DNA from: Octopus vulgaris
Lineage: Eukaryota
Direction: 5' to 3'
Length of the DNA stretch: 64,000 nt
NCBI GenBank assembly: GCA_951406725.2
Contig: OX597843.1
Span: forward strand, 5,766,001 to 5,830,000
Shown: positions 41,105 to 53,940 of the stretch, piece after piece
Layout of the letters: every line of letters begins with the position of its first letter
Position numbering within the stretch: the first letter of the stretch is position 1
Notes under the pieces: generated by a model
Databases searched by the model: none
What the model was told of the DNA's origin: nothing
The model's input: only the letters and a program-made list of their open reading frames with translations
Made by a program: the position numbers and the translations under genes

Positions 41105-42225
41105 CTCCAGTACTTAACTGTTACTTATATAAACCAATGAGAGAGTTTGTAGGAAGTCTTAGTCTTCAATCATAATTCCATTCGTATCCAGGATGTTTTT
41201 GTAGGAATATTAAATTGCTCTCCCCCACTAGTACTTAACTGCTACTTATATAAACCAATGAGGGAGCCCCTAGGTAGCCTCAGTCTTCTATTGTAATTCC
41301 ACTTACATCTAAGAATATTAAATCAACCCTAGTACTTAACTGCTACTAATATAAACCAATGAGGGAGCCCCTAGGTAGCCTCAGTCTTCTATTGTAATTC
41401 CACTTACATCTAGGAATATTAAATCAACCCTAGTACTTAACTGCTACTAATATAAACCAATGAGGGAGCCCCTAGGTAGCCTCAGTCTTCTATTGTAATT
41501 CCACTTACATCTAGGAATATTAAATCAACCCTAGTACTTAACTGCTACTAATATAAACCAATGAGGGAGCCCCTAGGTAGCCTCAGTCTTCTATTGTAAT
41601 TCCACTTACATCTAGGAATATTAAATCAACCCTAGTACTTAACTGCTACTAATATAAACCAATGAGGGAGCCCCTAGGTAGCCTCAGTCTTCTATTGTAA
41701 TTCCACTTACATCTAGGAATATTAAATCAACCCTAGTACTTAACTGCTACTAATATAAACCAATGAGGGAGCCCTAGGTAGCCTCAGTCTTCTATTGTAA
41801 TTCCACTTACATCTAGGAATATTAAATCAACCCTAGTACTTAACTGCTACTAATATAAACCAATGAGGGAGCCCCTAGGTAGCCTCAGTCTTCTATTGTA
41901 ATTCCACTTACATCTAGGAATATCAAATCAACCCTAGTACTTAACTGCTACTAATATAAACCAATGAGGGAGCCCCTAGGTAGCCTCAGTCTTCTATTGT
42001 AATTCCACTTACATCTAGGAATATTAAATCAACCCTAGTGCTTAACTGTTACTTATATAAACCAATGAGGGAGCCTCTAGGTAACCTCAGTCTTCTATTG
42101 TAATTCCACTTACATCTAGGAATATTAAATCAACCCTAGTACTTAACTGCTACTAATATAAACCAATGAGGGAGCCTCTAGGTAGCCTTAGTTTTCTATT
42201 ATAATTCCATTCGTATCTGGGATGT
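41105..42225. repeat. 101-bp satellite, about 11 copies, with a homogeneous centre and diverged ends
   Basis: agtacttaactgctactaatataaaccaatgagggagcc recurs at 41331, 41432, 41533, 41634 and onward. Confidence 0.95.
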
Positions 42226-42464
42226 TTTATGTGCGATCTACTTCCACAAAGACAAAGTTCACCTCGGATGAACTTGATCTCAGAACAAAAAGGTTTGCAG
42301 CTAAATGTCTCAAACAGCTAGAAATAGCAACCAAAATCTCGAATTGAATCTGACTCATAAAATGCAGTAAAGACAAGCCGGATAGGGATAAAAAAAAAGA
42401 TAAATAATAAATGAAAACAGACGTTCCAGTAATGACCATCATGTCTTTTTATAGTCATCTAGGT

Positions 42465-42902
42465 CTACATCATCCAAAGTTTCCTTGTGGTCGCTCGAGA
42501 AGCTAGAAGTAACAGCCAGATCACAACCGATCTCACAAAGACAGATCTGACCTAGGGCTAAACATCATCCAATGTTTCCTTGTGGTCGCTCGAGAAGCTA
42601 GAAGTAGCAGCCAGATCGCACTCAAATCACAACCTATCTCACAAACACAGATCTGGTTGATCAGGGCAGACCTAGGGCTAAACATCATCCAATGTTTCCT
42701 TGTGGTCGTTCGAGAAGCTAGAAGTAACAGCCAAATCGCAACCGATCTCACAAACACAGGGCTGACCTAGGGCTAAACATCATCCAATGTTTCCTTGTGG
42801 TCGCTCGAGAAGCTAGAAGTAACAGCCAGATCGCCCTCAAATCACAACCTATCTCACAAAGACAGAGATCTGGTTGATCAGGGCTGACCTGGGGCTAAAC
42901 AC
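42465..42902 (+). repeat. About 4 tandem units joining the family C tail to its 5' module
   Basis: gacctagggctaaac-atcatccaatgtttccttgtggtcgctcgagaagctagaagt is repeated with alternating lengths. Confidence 0.85.
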
Positions 42903-43773
42903 TCAAAGGGAGGTAATTAAATAGAAGGCTTTTGAGGGATTTTTTTATTTTATTTTCTTTTTTTAAAATTCCTCTCCGATCCTCCACGGATTTCAAAACA
43001 GTAAAAGAACAGCAAATGCTGCAGATGCTGGCGGTGGCGAAAAAAGGCAGGACGCGAAGGAGAGAGAGAATTCTTTATATTAAAGATGACGAAATATTTG
43101 TGTGAAAGTGTCTGGGGGAGAGGTGCGCGCGTGCTTGTGTGTGTGTAACGGGGTATATTCACAGGAGATTGCTTCTCCATGATATATATATCCGTTCACA
43201 TACAGGTGCGCATACATTATATACACACACTAATTCTATCTGCATGCGCGTACAAATAATTATATTTGTATACATGTACTGTCATATATATATATACACA
43301 CACACACATATATACATACCTTCACACAAACACATCTATACATACATGCATGCATATACACACACACACATCTATACATACCGTCAGTATATACACACAA
43401 ACACATCTATACATACCCTCAGTATATACACACACACACACATACCTTCAGTATATATATATACACACACACACACATCTATACATACCGTCAGTATATA
43501 TATATACACACACACACACAGATACTTTTACGATGTATCCCGACGCCCGGGCTCACACCCCCAACTAACTAACCAGCTGGTCCCTCCAATCCAATCTGTT
43601 GCCGGCAGTGAGGGCCAGTTCTGTGGAGTGAGAAAAATCCCGCTGCCTTCTACTCTTGAGACACAGAGGACCCTATAAGGGGCCATGGGAAAAGCTTCCC
43701 TATCCTTCCTTGACATAATGTATGCGTGTGTGCACTGTTTCCCAAATATTCTATTATATATATGCAAAATTAA

Positions 43774-43945
43774 AAGGAATGACCCCTAAAGTGGACACCC
43801 TGTATGCTAAACATAGACGTCAAATCGCCATCACCACGAAGAATGGGTTCTCAAGAAAGAAATCTCAGCTACACATTCTTCGTGGTGATGGCGATTTGAC
43901 GTCTATGTTTAGCATACAGGGTGTCCACTTTAGGGGTCATTCCTC
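43774..43945. mobile_element. Palindromic MITE with TTAA target-site duplication (Kolobok-like)
   Basis: Perfect 71-bp inverted arms (43775..43845 and 43874..43944) with a 28-bp spacer. Flanked by TTAA at 43770 and 43946, with RR...YY termini. Confidence 0.8.
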
Positions 43946-44209
43946 TTAATCTTCGGAATTTTTCTAATTATGCTAAAGCCACTGGTTTTAATTGATCAGC
44001 ATCAATTTTCTACCCTTATTATCTAATTTTATATATGTGTATATATATATATATATGTAAGTGCGTGTACATTGCTGAAATCCAGAAAAGCACAACTTCA
44101 AATAAATGAATATATATATACATATGAGTGATTGTGTGTGTGTGGTAGAGAGGTATGCGAGTGCGCGCGCCTCCAAATATTTCAGTTTGTCTATATATTT
44201 ATGTGCGTG

Positions 44210-44660
44210 CATACGCATATATATATATATACATACATGCATACATATATATACACATATATATACATACATACATGCATACATATATATACACATACAT
44301 ACATGCATACATATATATACACATACATACATATATATATATACACATACATACATATACATATATACACATACATATATATACACATACATACATATAT
44401 ATATATACACATACATACATATACACATACATATATATACACATACATACATATATATATATACACATACATACATATACACATACATATACACATACAT
44501 ATATATATACACATACATATATACATACACACATACATATACACATATATATACATACACATACATATACACACACACATATATATACACATACACACAT
44601 ACATATATATATACACAAACACACATATATACATATATATATATACACACATATATATAT

Positions 44661-44692
<32 letters not shown>
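44210..44692. repeat. (TA)/(CA)/(TACA) compound microsatellite
   Basis: Pure low-complexity run and the source of several spurious ORFs. Confidence 0.95.
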
Positions 44693-44749
44693 GCTAGCAT
44701 GAAAAACGGACGTTAAACGATGATGATGATTGATATATAATATATGTGG

Positions 44750-44781
<32 letters not shown>

Positions 44782-45204
44782 GCGTGTTGGCATATATATA
44801 TATATATATACATACATGCGTCAGTGGATGTGTGTGTGCACGGGTATATATGTCTGCGTATAGCATAGTAGTTGTTACAGGTCAGCAGGCAACATATCTA
44901 CGTGCGTGTATATATATATATACACTCACAAAAGGAGAGAGAGTGGGGGGGGGAGATCTATATACACCCTACAACATATATATACATAGATACATATATA
45001 TATACAGTACCGTGGTGCTGTAGCCGTATAGGTGGTGGTGGTGGTTGGTGTTGTGGTGTGGTGCCTGGTCGGTCGGTCGGTCAACTAGTTATTACCATCC
45101 TGGGGCCGTGGCGGTGGCTGGAAGCGATGTGAGGTCGTCTTTCCGACGATATTTCCCTGTAGCCATAACAGAACCGTATGACTTGTGTAATTGGGTGGTG
45201 CGAA

Positions 45205-46750
45205 GGGGAGGAATGACAGACGGGGGGAGAGAGAGAGAGAAAGAATAGCGAGAGGGTGAGAGAAGAGTAGCGGGCGAGGGAGAAGAATAAGAGAGGGTGA
45301 GACAAGGCGGTAGTGGAAGAGAGAAAGAATAATAGGGAATAGCGAGAGGGTGAGAGAAGGAGGAATGACAGACGGAGAGAGGGGAGAGAAGAGTAGCGGG
45401 CGAGGGGGAAAGAATAAGAGGGAATAACGAGAGGGTGAGACAAGGAGGTAGTGTAAGAAAGAGAGAGGGGGGAAAGGCGAGAGAATGATAGGGAATAGCG
45501 AGAGGGTGAGACAAGGCGGTCGGTAGTGGTGGAGAGGGAGAAAGGATAAGAGGGAATAGCGAGGTGACAGAAGGCGGTAGTGGAGAGAGGAGTAGCGAGG
45601 GAGAAAGAGTAAGAGGGAATAGCGAGAGGGTGAGAGAAGGAGGTAGTGGAAGAGAGTGGAGAGAGAAAGAGAGAGGGGGAGAAAGAATAATAGGGAATAG
45701 CGAGAGGAGGTAGTGGAAGAGAGTGGAGAGAGAAAGAAAGAGAGAGGGGGGTGACGAGGGAGAAAGAATAATAGGAAATAGCGAGAGGGTGAGAGAAGGA
45801 GGTAGTGTAATAGCGAGAAGGTAAGAGTGACAACGGTAGAGGAAGAGAGGGAGAGACAGGAGAATAGAGAAAGATAGCGATAGTGTAAGAGAGGGAGAGA
45901 AAGGGAAGAAATAACGGTAGTGAGAGAGAGAATAGAGTGTTAGGGTGCGTGAAAGTGAGAGAAAAGGGAATAGAGATAGTGGAAAGGGGACAAGAAAGAG
46001 ATGGCGGTAGCGTGTGAGAGAGAGGAAGAGAGATATGACAGAAGTACGAGAGAGGGGGAGAATGACAGAGAAGGGGTGGGAATAGCGTGCGAGGGAGAAT
46101 GAAAGAGAGATTGAGATAGAGAGACAGAAAGAAGAAGAAAATGGTACAGAGAGACAGACAGACGTGAGGAGAGAAAGAATGGGAAATGTATGGAAGTAGT
46201 AGGAGAGAAAAAAAAATGACAGATGGAGATTGAGGGATAGAGGGAGGAGAGAGAGATGTAAAGACCGAAGGGGAGAATGAAAGAAGGAAGATAAGAGACA
46301 GATAAGGGTGTAGAGAGCGTGATAGGATAGAAGGAGGGGGATGTAGGAAGATATAGAGAAGGGAAGAGGGTGTAAAAATGATAGAAGTAGTAAAAGAGAG
46401 GGGAAGAAAGTGAGGAAGATAGGGAGTGTCAGTGATAGGGGAAAGAGAGAGAGGGGGAAAGGAAGAGAACAAGAGAAACAGTCGCAGCACAACGTAAACG
46501 CAGACGATCGACGTGGAAGGAAAGGGGAGGAGAAGGAGGAAGAAGAGAAAGAAAGGAAGTTTCAGTAATAGAGGGCGGGGGGGGAGGAAGAGTAAGACAG
46601 TGACACAGAGAGAGAGAGAGAGAGAAGGGACAGTAGTAAAAGACAGAGGGGAACAAGAGAGAGTGAAAGAAAGAAAGAAAGAAAGAGTAGAAGTAGCAGC
46701 GAAACGTAGGCAGAGTGAAGTCGAAGGAAGGGGAGGAGGAGGAAGAAGGT
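45205..46750. repeat. 1.5-kb polypurine/polypyrimidine tract with a degenerate minisatellite
   Basis: The plus strand is overwhelmingly G/A. gggaatagcgagagggtgaga recurs at about 60-120 bp intervals in 45240..45800. Confidence 0.85.
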
Positions 46751-47129
46751 CTTGAGGAAAATTCTTAAAACTGCTGTAGTGTGTGTGAAAGGCAACGAGC
46801 ACCGTCCTGGCTTCTTCACTCAGGAATATTGTTTCTTCCATACACAACACACCCGTTTCCATTACCACCAATACAAGTCACATACCAGCAGATATATATA
46901 TACTCCTTTACTACCCACAAGGGGCTAAACACAGAGGGGACAAATAAGGACAGACAAACGGATTACGTCGACCCCAGTGCGTAACTGGTACTTAATTTAT
47001 CGACCCCCGAAAGGATGAAAGGCAAAGTCGACCTCGGCGGAATTTGAACTCAGAACGTAACGGCAGACGAAATACGGCTACACATTTCGCCCAGCTCGCC
47101 ACCTTTACTAGCATATATATATATATATA

Positions 47130-47972
47130 TACTCTTTTACTTGTTTCAGTCATTTGACCGTGTGGCCATGCTGGAGCACTGCCTTTTAGTCGACCACGGG
47201 ACTTATTCTTTGGAAGCCTAGTACTTATTCTATCAGTTCTCTTTTGCTGAACCACTATGTTACAGGGACGTAAACACACCAGCATCGGTTGTCAAGCGAT
47301 GTTGGGGGGACAAACACAGACATATCTTCTGTGCCGGTGGCACATAAAAAGCACCAACCGATCGTGGTCGATGCCAGACTCCCCTGGCACCCAGTGGGAC
47401 TGAACCCGGAACCATGTATATACGTATACTCTTTTACTTGTTTCAGTCATTTGACTGTGTGGCCATGCTGGAGCACTGCCTTTTAGTCGACCCCGGGACT
47501 TAATCTTTGTAAGCCTACTACTTATTCTATCAGTTCTCTTTTGCTGAACCGCTAAGTTACAGGGACGTAAACACACTAACATCGGTTGTCAAGCGATGTT
47601 GGGGGGACAAACACAGACACACAAACATATACACACATCTTCTGTGCCGGTGGCACATAAAAAGCACCCACTACACTCGCGGAGTGGTTGGCATTAGGAA
47701 GGGCATCCAGCTGTAGAAACACTGCCAGACCAGAGCCTGGTGCAGCCCCGGTCGAACCGTCCAACCCATGCTAGCATGGAAAAATGGACATTAAACGATG
47801 ATGATGATATATATGACGGGCTTCTTTCAGTTTCCGTCTAACAAATCCACTCACAAGGCTTTGGTCGGCCCGAGGCTATAGTAGAAGACACTTGCCCAAG
47901 GTACCATGCAGTTGGATTGAACCAGGAACCATGTGGTTGGTAAGCAAGCTACTTAACACACAGCCACTCATG
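47130..47972 (-). mobile_element. Nested SINE A tails with RTE 3'UTR inserts in the linker
   Basis: Duplicated tail plus atcttctgtgccggtggcacataaaaagcacc junction at about 47323 and 47637. Confidence 0.8.
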
Positions 47973-48284
47973 CGTATTAACAATTCTGCGGGCTCAATGC
48001 TTAACAATAATCTACTATAATAACACTCATGTGTATTTCTCCATCACAACATATGAATGAGAAAAGAAGGAGTGATGGAAGTTTTGTGGTGAAAAGAAAA
48101 TCAAACAGGGTTTCAACTCTGCTTAAGTATATGTGTGTATGTAAAAGGGAGTCATGTGAATGTGTGTGTGTGTACACGCAATGGAAGTGATACGGTGAAT
48201 ATTCAATGCCGAAAAGAAAAACCAAACAGCGTTTCAACTCTGTGTGAGTGTATGTGTACAAGGGAAGCATGTGAATGTTTGTAT

Positions 48285-48636
48285 CTGGAGTGGCTGTGTG
48301 TTAAGTAGCTTGCTTACCAACCACAGGGTTCCGGGTTCAGTCCCACTGCGTGGAACCTTGGGCAAGTGTCTTCTTCTATAGCCTCGGGCCGACCAAAGCC
48401 TTGTGAGTGGATTTGGTAGAGGGAAACTGAAAGAAGCCTGTCGTATATATATATATGTATGTGAGTGTGTGTTTGTCCCCCCACCATCGCTTGACAACCG
48501 ATGCTGGTGTGTTTACGTCCCCGTAACTTAGCGGTTCAGCAAAAGAGACCGATAGAATAAGTCCTGGGGTCGATTTGCTCAACTTAAGGCAGTACTCCAG
48601 CATGGCCACAGTCACATGAATGAAACAAGTAAAAGA
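48285..48636 (+). mobile_element. Full-length SINE A
   Basis: Complete consensus match. Confidence 0.9.
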
Positions 48637-48647
48637 ATTTTGTACCT

Positions 48648-49230
48648 TATTACCCCCGCCTTAGCAAAGGTGGAGGTATTGTTTTCAGTTGCATTTGTTT
48701 GTCCGTGGACAAGATATCTCAAGAACCGCTGGATGGATTTAGATGAAACCTTCAGGAATATTTGGACTCGTGACTGGCACGAGCCGATTAGATTTTGGGT
48801 TCAATCCTGTACCAGACCAAGATTCTAGATTATTTTTCCTGTTTTTTTACTTAATTTTTGAAAGCAATCAGGTTCATTTTTAGTATTGCAGTTGAGTTCA
48901 TTTCAGATATTCTTATTTTAAAAATCATCTCTGGCTAATCGTTGAGAGGACGTTGGTGTTGCCTTGACGGAGGTTTGTGCTGTGTGAAGGCTCTTGTTAC
49001 CTCCACTCTAGCAAAGATGGAGGTATTGTTTTCAGTCGTATTTGTTTGTTTGTCCGTGGACAAGATATTTCAAGAACCGCTGGATGTATTCGGATGAAAC
49101 TTCCAGGGATGTTTGGCCTCGTGACTAGCACAAGCCGATTAGATTTTGGGTTCAATCCAGTACCAAACAAGGATTCTGGATTATTTTCGTGTTTTTTCAC
49201 TAAAATTTTGAAAGTGTTCAGGTTCATTTT
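48648..49230 (+). mobile_element. Helentron-associated non-autonomous element (HINE/DINE-1-like), one full and one partial head-to-tail copy
   Basis: 5' tt-acccccgccttagcaaaggtggaggt palindrome, TTTG/TCCG microsatellite and 3' subterminal IR ttgacggaggt. The second copy starts at about 48997. Confidence 0.65.
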
Positions 49231-51142
49231 TAGGCTTTGGTTGGTCCAAGATTATTGAAGACATTTGCCCAAGGTGCCACACAGTGGAACTGAACCTGGA
49301 ACCCTGTGATTGGGAAGCAAGCTTCTTACCACACAGCCATGCCTGCACCTACATATATTCTATGCTTGCAAAACAACAAATGAAACAGAGTACAGGACGT
49401 ACTTTGCTGTAACAACCATTGCACGTCCAAGTACGACACAGCTTTCTGCTTCGCCACCCCATATGCATAGAGTGCTAGACATTCGTCTCCACATCCAGCA
49501 TCACCACAACTGTTACCATCACCATATACAAGAGGCAAATGACATTCTTCTTCACTGCAACCACTAGCACCCCCACACCCTTCTTCTACTCTTCCCCCCA
49601 ACAGCTATTAAACATCTGACTCACAACCTGACAGCATGTACCACAACTGGCATTGCAAGAGACACACGCACACACACAAAATACCAGAGTACACATACAC
49701 ACATTCACAGCACTACAAGCTTACAGAAACCAATTTATCAGCCATGTGTCTCTGAAATCATATCCTACTCTCTTAAAGAACACATTAGATAATGTAGTCC
49801 TAGATACACTATGTCTAAATAAAAGACAGTGATGGTCACAGCTGGAACAGGACTGACCTGGGGCTAAACAACAAGAAGGAAGGACACATTTGATAATGTA
49901 GTCCTAGATACACTATGTCTAAATAAAAGACAGGGTGGTCACAAATGGAACATTTTTGATGGATTGAGGCTGACCTGGGGCTAAACACCATACCATGTAC
50001 ACACACACAACAAGTTACAGTAACATACAAAGCCAGATAGACACACACACAAGCAAATGCAAAGACATATACAGAGAGACAGAGGATTAGATGCACATAC
50101 ATACGCAAACAAGACTAAACAAACACATACACAGATATAGACTCATGTACACTCCCACACACAGACAGAAGACCAGATATACATACGCAAACACACAGAG
50201 GTGTATGTGGATATAGAAACAGACACAGACAAAGGCTGGCAGTACAAAGAACAACAGGAAGGTGTGACAAGATGTTCTGAAGGAAATCATCAGAAGATCG
50301 GAGCAGGACGGAACAGGAATGGTTTCGTAATAGAGAAGAAAGGCAAAGAGAGAGAGAAAGGTGACGTTTAGGAGAATTAAACAATAATTGATGGAGCGAA
50401 AGAGATGAAAATTGGCGATAAGAAGGGATTAGGGGAAGGAAAAAACCGAAGAAAGTTACTGAAATGGATAAAAATTGATGGGAAAAATGGACGGACGATA
50501 ATGGATAGGGAAGAAGAGTTAATGGGAAAATGGGGGAGAGTTTAGGTGGAAGGGAGGGAAATGAAGGAAAATGGGTGAAAATTAAATGAGAAGGTCAATG
50601 CATTCGTGAAAATCCATAAAAAATGAATGCAAAATCAATAGAAAATGGATGAAAGTTAATGAAGATGACAAAATATTTGGGGAAAAGAATGTAAATTGAA
50701 TGAAAAAGACAAAACATTAAGAAAAAATCTATGAAAAATGAGTGAAAATCAACGAAAGAATATTCATGAATGAAAATTGAATGACAGAGAGGGGATTAGA
50801 TGAAGAAAAAAGTGATGAAAATATTGAAATTGGATGAAAAGTGATAAAAACAGTGGATGGATGATAATGGCTGTAGAAGGAAAGTTATTGAGAAAATAGG
50901 GGGAAACTGGAAAAACGTGGCAGTATTTCGGATGAGAGGAGGGAAATGAAAGACGAAGGAATGAAAAGCGAATGAAATTGACAAAATATTCATTAAAATC
51001 TACGAAAAAATAAATGGAAATTGAATGAAAATTTATTAAAATCCAAGAAAGACGGAGGAAAATGACAAAATCGGTCTCCTCAATCACAACTGACCACGGG
51101 CTAAACAACAGCAACAGGGGAGGATGTATTAGATAATGTAGA

Positions 51143-52910
51143 ACTCTTTTACTTATTTCAGTCATTTGACTGTGGCCATGCTGGAGCACCGCCTTTAGTC
51201 AAGCAAATCGACCCCAGGACTTATTCTATCGGTCTATTTTGCCGAACCGCTAGGTGACATGGATGTAAACATACCAGCATCAGTTGTCAAGCGATGTTGG
51301 GGGGACAAACACAGACACATATAATCACATACATACATATAAATGATGGGCTTCTTTCAGTTTCCGTCTACCAAATCCACTCACAAGGCTTTGGTCAGCC
51401 CGAGGCTATAGTAGAAGACACTTTCCCAAGGTGCCACGCAGTGGGACTGAACCCGGAACCATGTGGTTGGTTAGCAAGCTACTTACCACACAACCACTCC
51501 TACGCCTATACATATATACGATGGGCTTCTTTCAGTTTCCGTCTGCCAAATCCACTCACAAGGCTTTGATCGGCCTGAGGCTATAGTAGAAGACACTTGC
51601 CCAAGGTGCCACGCAGTGGACGGAACCCGGAACAATGTGGTTGGTAAGCAAGCTACTTACCACACAACCACTCCTACGCCTATACATATATACGATGGGC
51701 TTCTTTCAGTTTCCGTCTGCCAAATCCACTCACAAGGCTTTGGTCGGCCCGAGGCTATAGTAGAAGACACTTTCCCAAGGTGCCACGCAGTGGGACTGAA
51801 CCCGGAACAATGTGGTTGGTTAGCAAGCTACTTACCACACAACCACTCCTACGCCTATACATATATACGATGGGCTTCTTTCAGTTTCCGTCTGCCAAAT
51901 CCACTCACAAGGCTTTGATCGGCCTGAGGCTATAGTAGAAGACACTTTCCCAAGGTGCCACGCAGTGGGACTGAACCCGGAACCATGTGGTTGGTTAGCA
52001 AGCTACTTACCACACAACCACTCCTACGCCTATACATATATACGATGGGCTTCTTTCAGTTTCCGTCTGCCAAATCCACTCACAAGGCTTTGATCAGCCT
52101 GAGGCTATAGTAGAAGACACTTGCCCAAGGTGCCACGCAGTGGGACTGAACCCGGAACCATGTGGTTGGTAAGCAAGCTACTTACCACACAACCACTCCT
52201 ACGCCTATACATATATACGATGGGCTTCTTTCAGTTTCCGTCTGCCAAATCCACTCACAAGGCTTTGGTCGGCCTGAGGCTATAGTAGAAGACACTTGCC
52301 CAAGGTGCCACGCAGTGGGGACTGAACCCAGAACCATGTGGTTGGTAAGCAAGCTACTTACCACACAACCACTCCTACGCCTATACATATATACGATGGG
52401 CTTCTTTCAGTTTCCGTCTGCCAAATCCACTCACAAGGCTTTGATCAGCCTGAGGCTATAGTAGAAGACACTTGCCCAAGGTGCCACACAGTGGGACTGA
52501 ACCCAGAACCATGTGGTTAGTAAGCAAGCTACTTACCACACAACCACTCCTACGCCTATACATATATACGATGGGCTTCTTTCAGTTTCCGTCTGCCAAA
52601 TCCACTCACAAGGCTTTGATCGGCCCGAGGCTATAGTAGAAGACACTTCCCCAAGGTGCCACGCAGTGGAGCTGAACCCGGAACCATGTGGTTGGTAAGC
52701 AAGCTACTTACCACACAACCACTCCTACGCCTATACATATATACGATGGGCTTCTTTCAGTTTCCGTCTGCCAAATCCACTCACAAGGCTTTGATCGGCC
52801 CGAGGCTATAGTAGAAGACACTTGCCCAAGGTGCCACGCAGTGGGACTGAACCCGGAACCATGTGGTTGGTTAGCAAGCTACTTACCACACAGCCACTCT
52901 TGCACCTATA
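51143..52910 (-). mobile_element. SINE A with nine tandem heads of about 175 bp on one tail
   Basis: gatgggcttctttcagtttccgtctgccaaatcc recurs about every 175 bp from about 51345 to 52746. The single tail lies at 51143..51320. Confidence 0.93.
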
Positions 52911-53940
52911 TATACATACATAGTAATGAACTTAATGTATATAGTACTCAGGTGCACAACTCGTCAAAAGTGCAAAGAACATGCACGTGAAGTGAAAAGT
53001 GAATGAGTTGTTAAAAAAAGGTGGGGTAGAGGACATCAGGTGTGCTATTGTCATATTTCAGGAAGCATGCAAGTTTGCAACAAAGTAGTCATGAAAATTC
53101 ATTGGAAATTGAATGAAACTGACAAGATTATTTGTGAAAATGAGGGAAAAAAATTAACAAAACTGTAATCAAAACAACTGAAAAATGAATGAAAATGGCA
53201 AAGAATTTGTGAGAAACCATTAAAAATTTATGAAAAGCACAAACATACATACACACACACAGATATAAATATGCACACATACATACACATATACAAAGAT
53301 TTAGACAAACACACACATGCAGACGTGCACATACAAAAATTGATGGAAATAATTGTGAAAATATTTGTGAAAATTGAATGGAAATTGAACGAGACTGATA
53401 AAATATTCAGGAAAATCTATGAAAAAATGAATGAAAATTGATGAAACCAACAAAATATTCATAAAAAACTGTAAAAAAATGCATGAATATTTGATGGAAA
53501 TTGAATAAAACAACAATATATTCATGGAAAGTTAATATAATTTGATGAAAATGACAAATTAATCATGAAGATTTATGGAAATGGATAAAAACAGCAAAAT
53601 ATTCATGAAAATTGGATGTTGATTTGGTGGAAATTTATGCAAATGACAAATTATTCATGTAAATTTATGAAGAATGTTATTAAAATACATTCAAAAATGG
53701 TTACAAGAAGAGATGAGAAAGAAATTGATGCAAATTGAGTATGAGAATAATTGAAAGGTTTATGGATGGCGGCAGAGGTTAATAAGTACAGGAAATCCAT
53801 CAGGAATAACTAAAAGGGTAGAAATAGGTAAATAGGGACTATTATGGGAGAATTCAGAACACTCCCATGTGGCTGAACATGGACTAACCGATTATAATCA
53901 AAAAGAACTGAGTGAAACATCAAGAGTTGACAGTTTTGGT

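Noticed and set aside
41105-42225. CRISPR-like appearance of the regular arrays (also 53941..55171)
   Set aside because: Whole units, including the spacers, are identical; there are no cas genes and the context is eukaryotic.
43609-43645. miR-193-like AACTGGCCCTCA on the minus strand
   Set aside because: Only the first 12 nt match, and no pre-miRNA hairpin places it on a 3' arm.
45081-46871. 596-aa and 466-aa minus-strand ORFs
   Set aside because: They are L/S/P/F-rich translations of a CT-rich tract that lacks stop codons by composition. Overlapping frames are open and no domain is present.
51294-52990. Recurrent ORFs such as YDGLLSVSVYQIHSQGFGRPEAIVEDTCPRCHAVG and RRASFSFRLPNPLTRLWSARG
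   Set aside because: They are antisense translations of SINE A, not a gene family.
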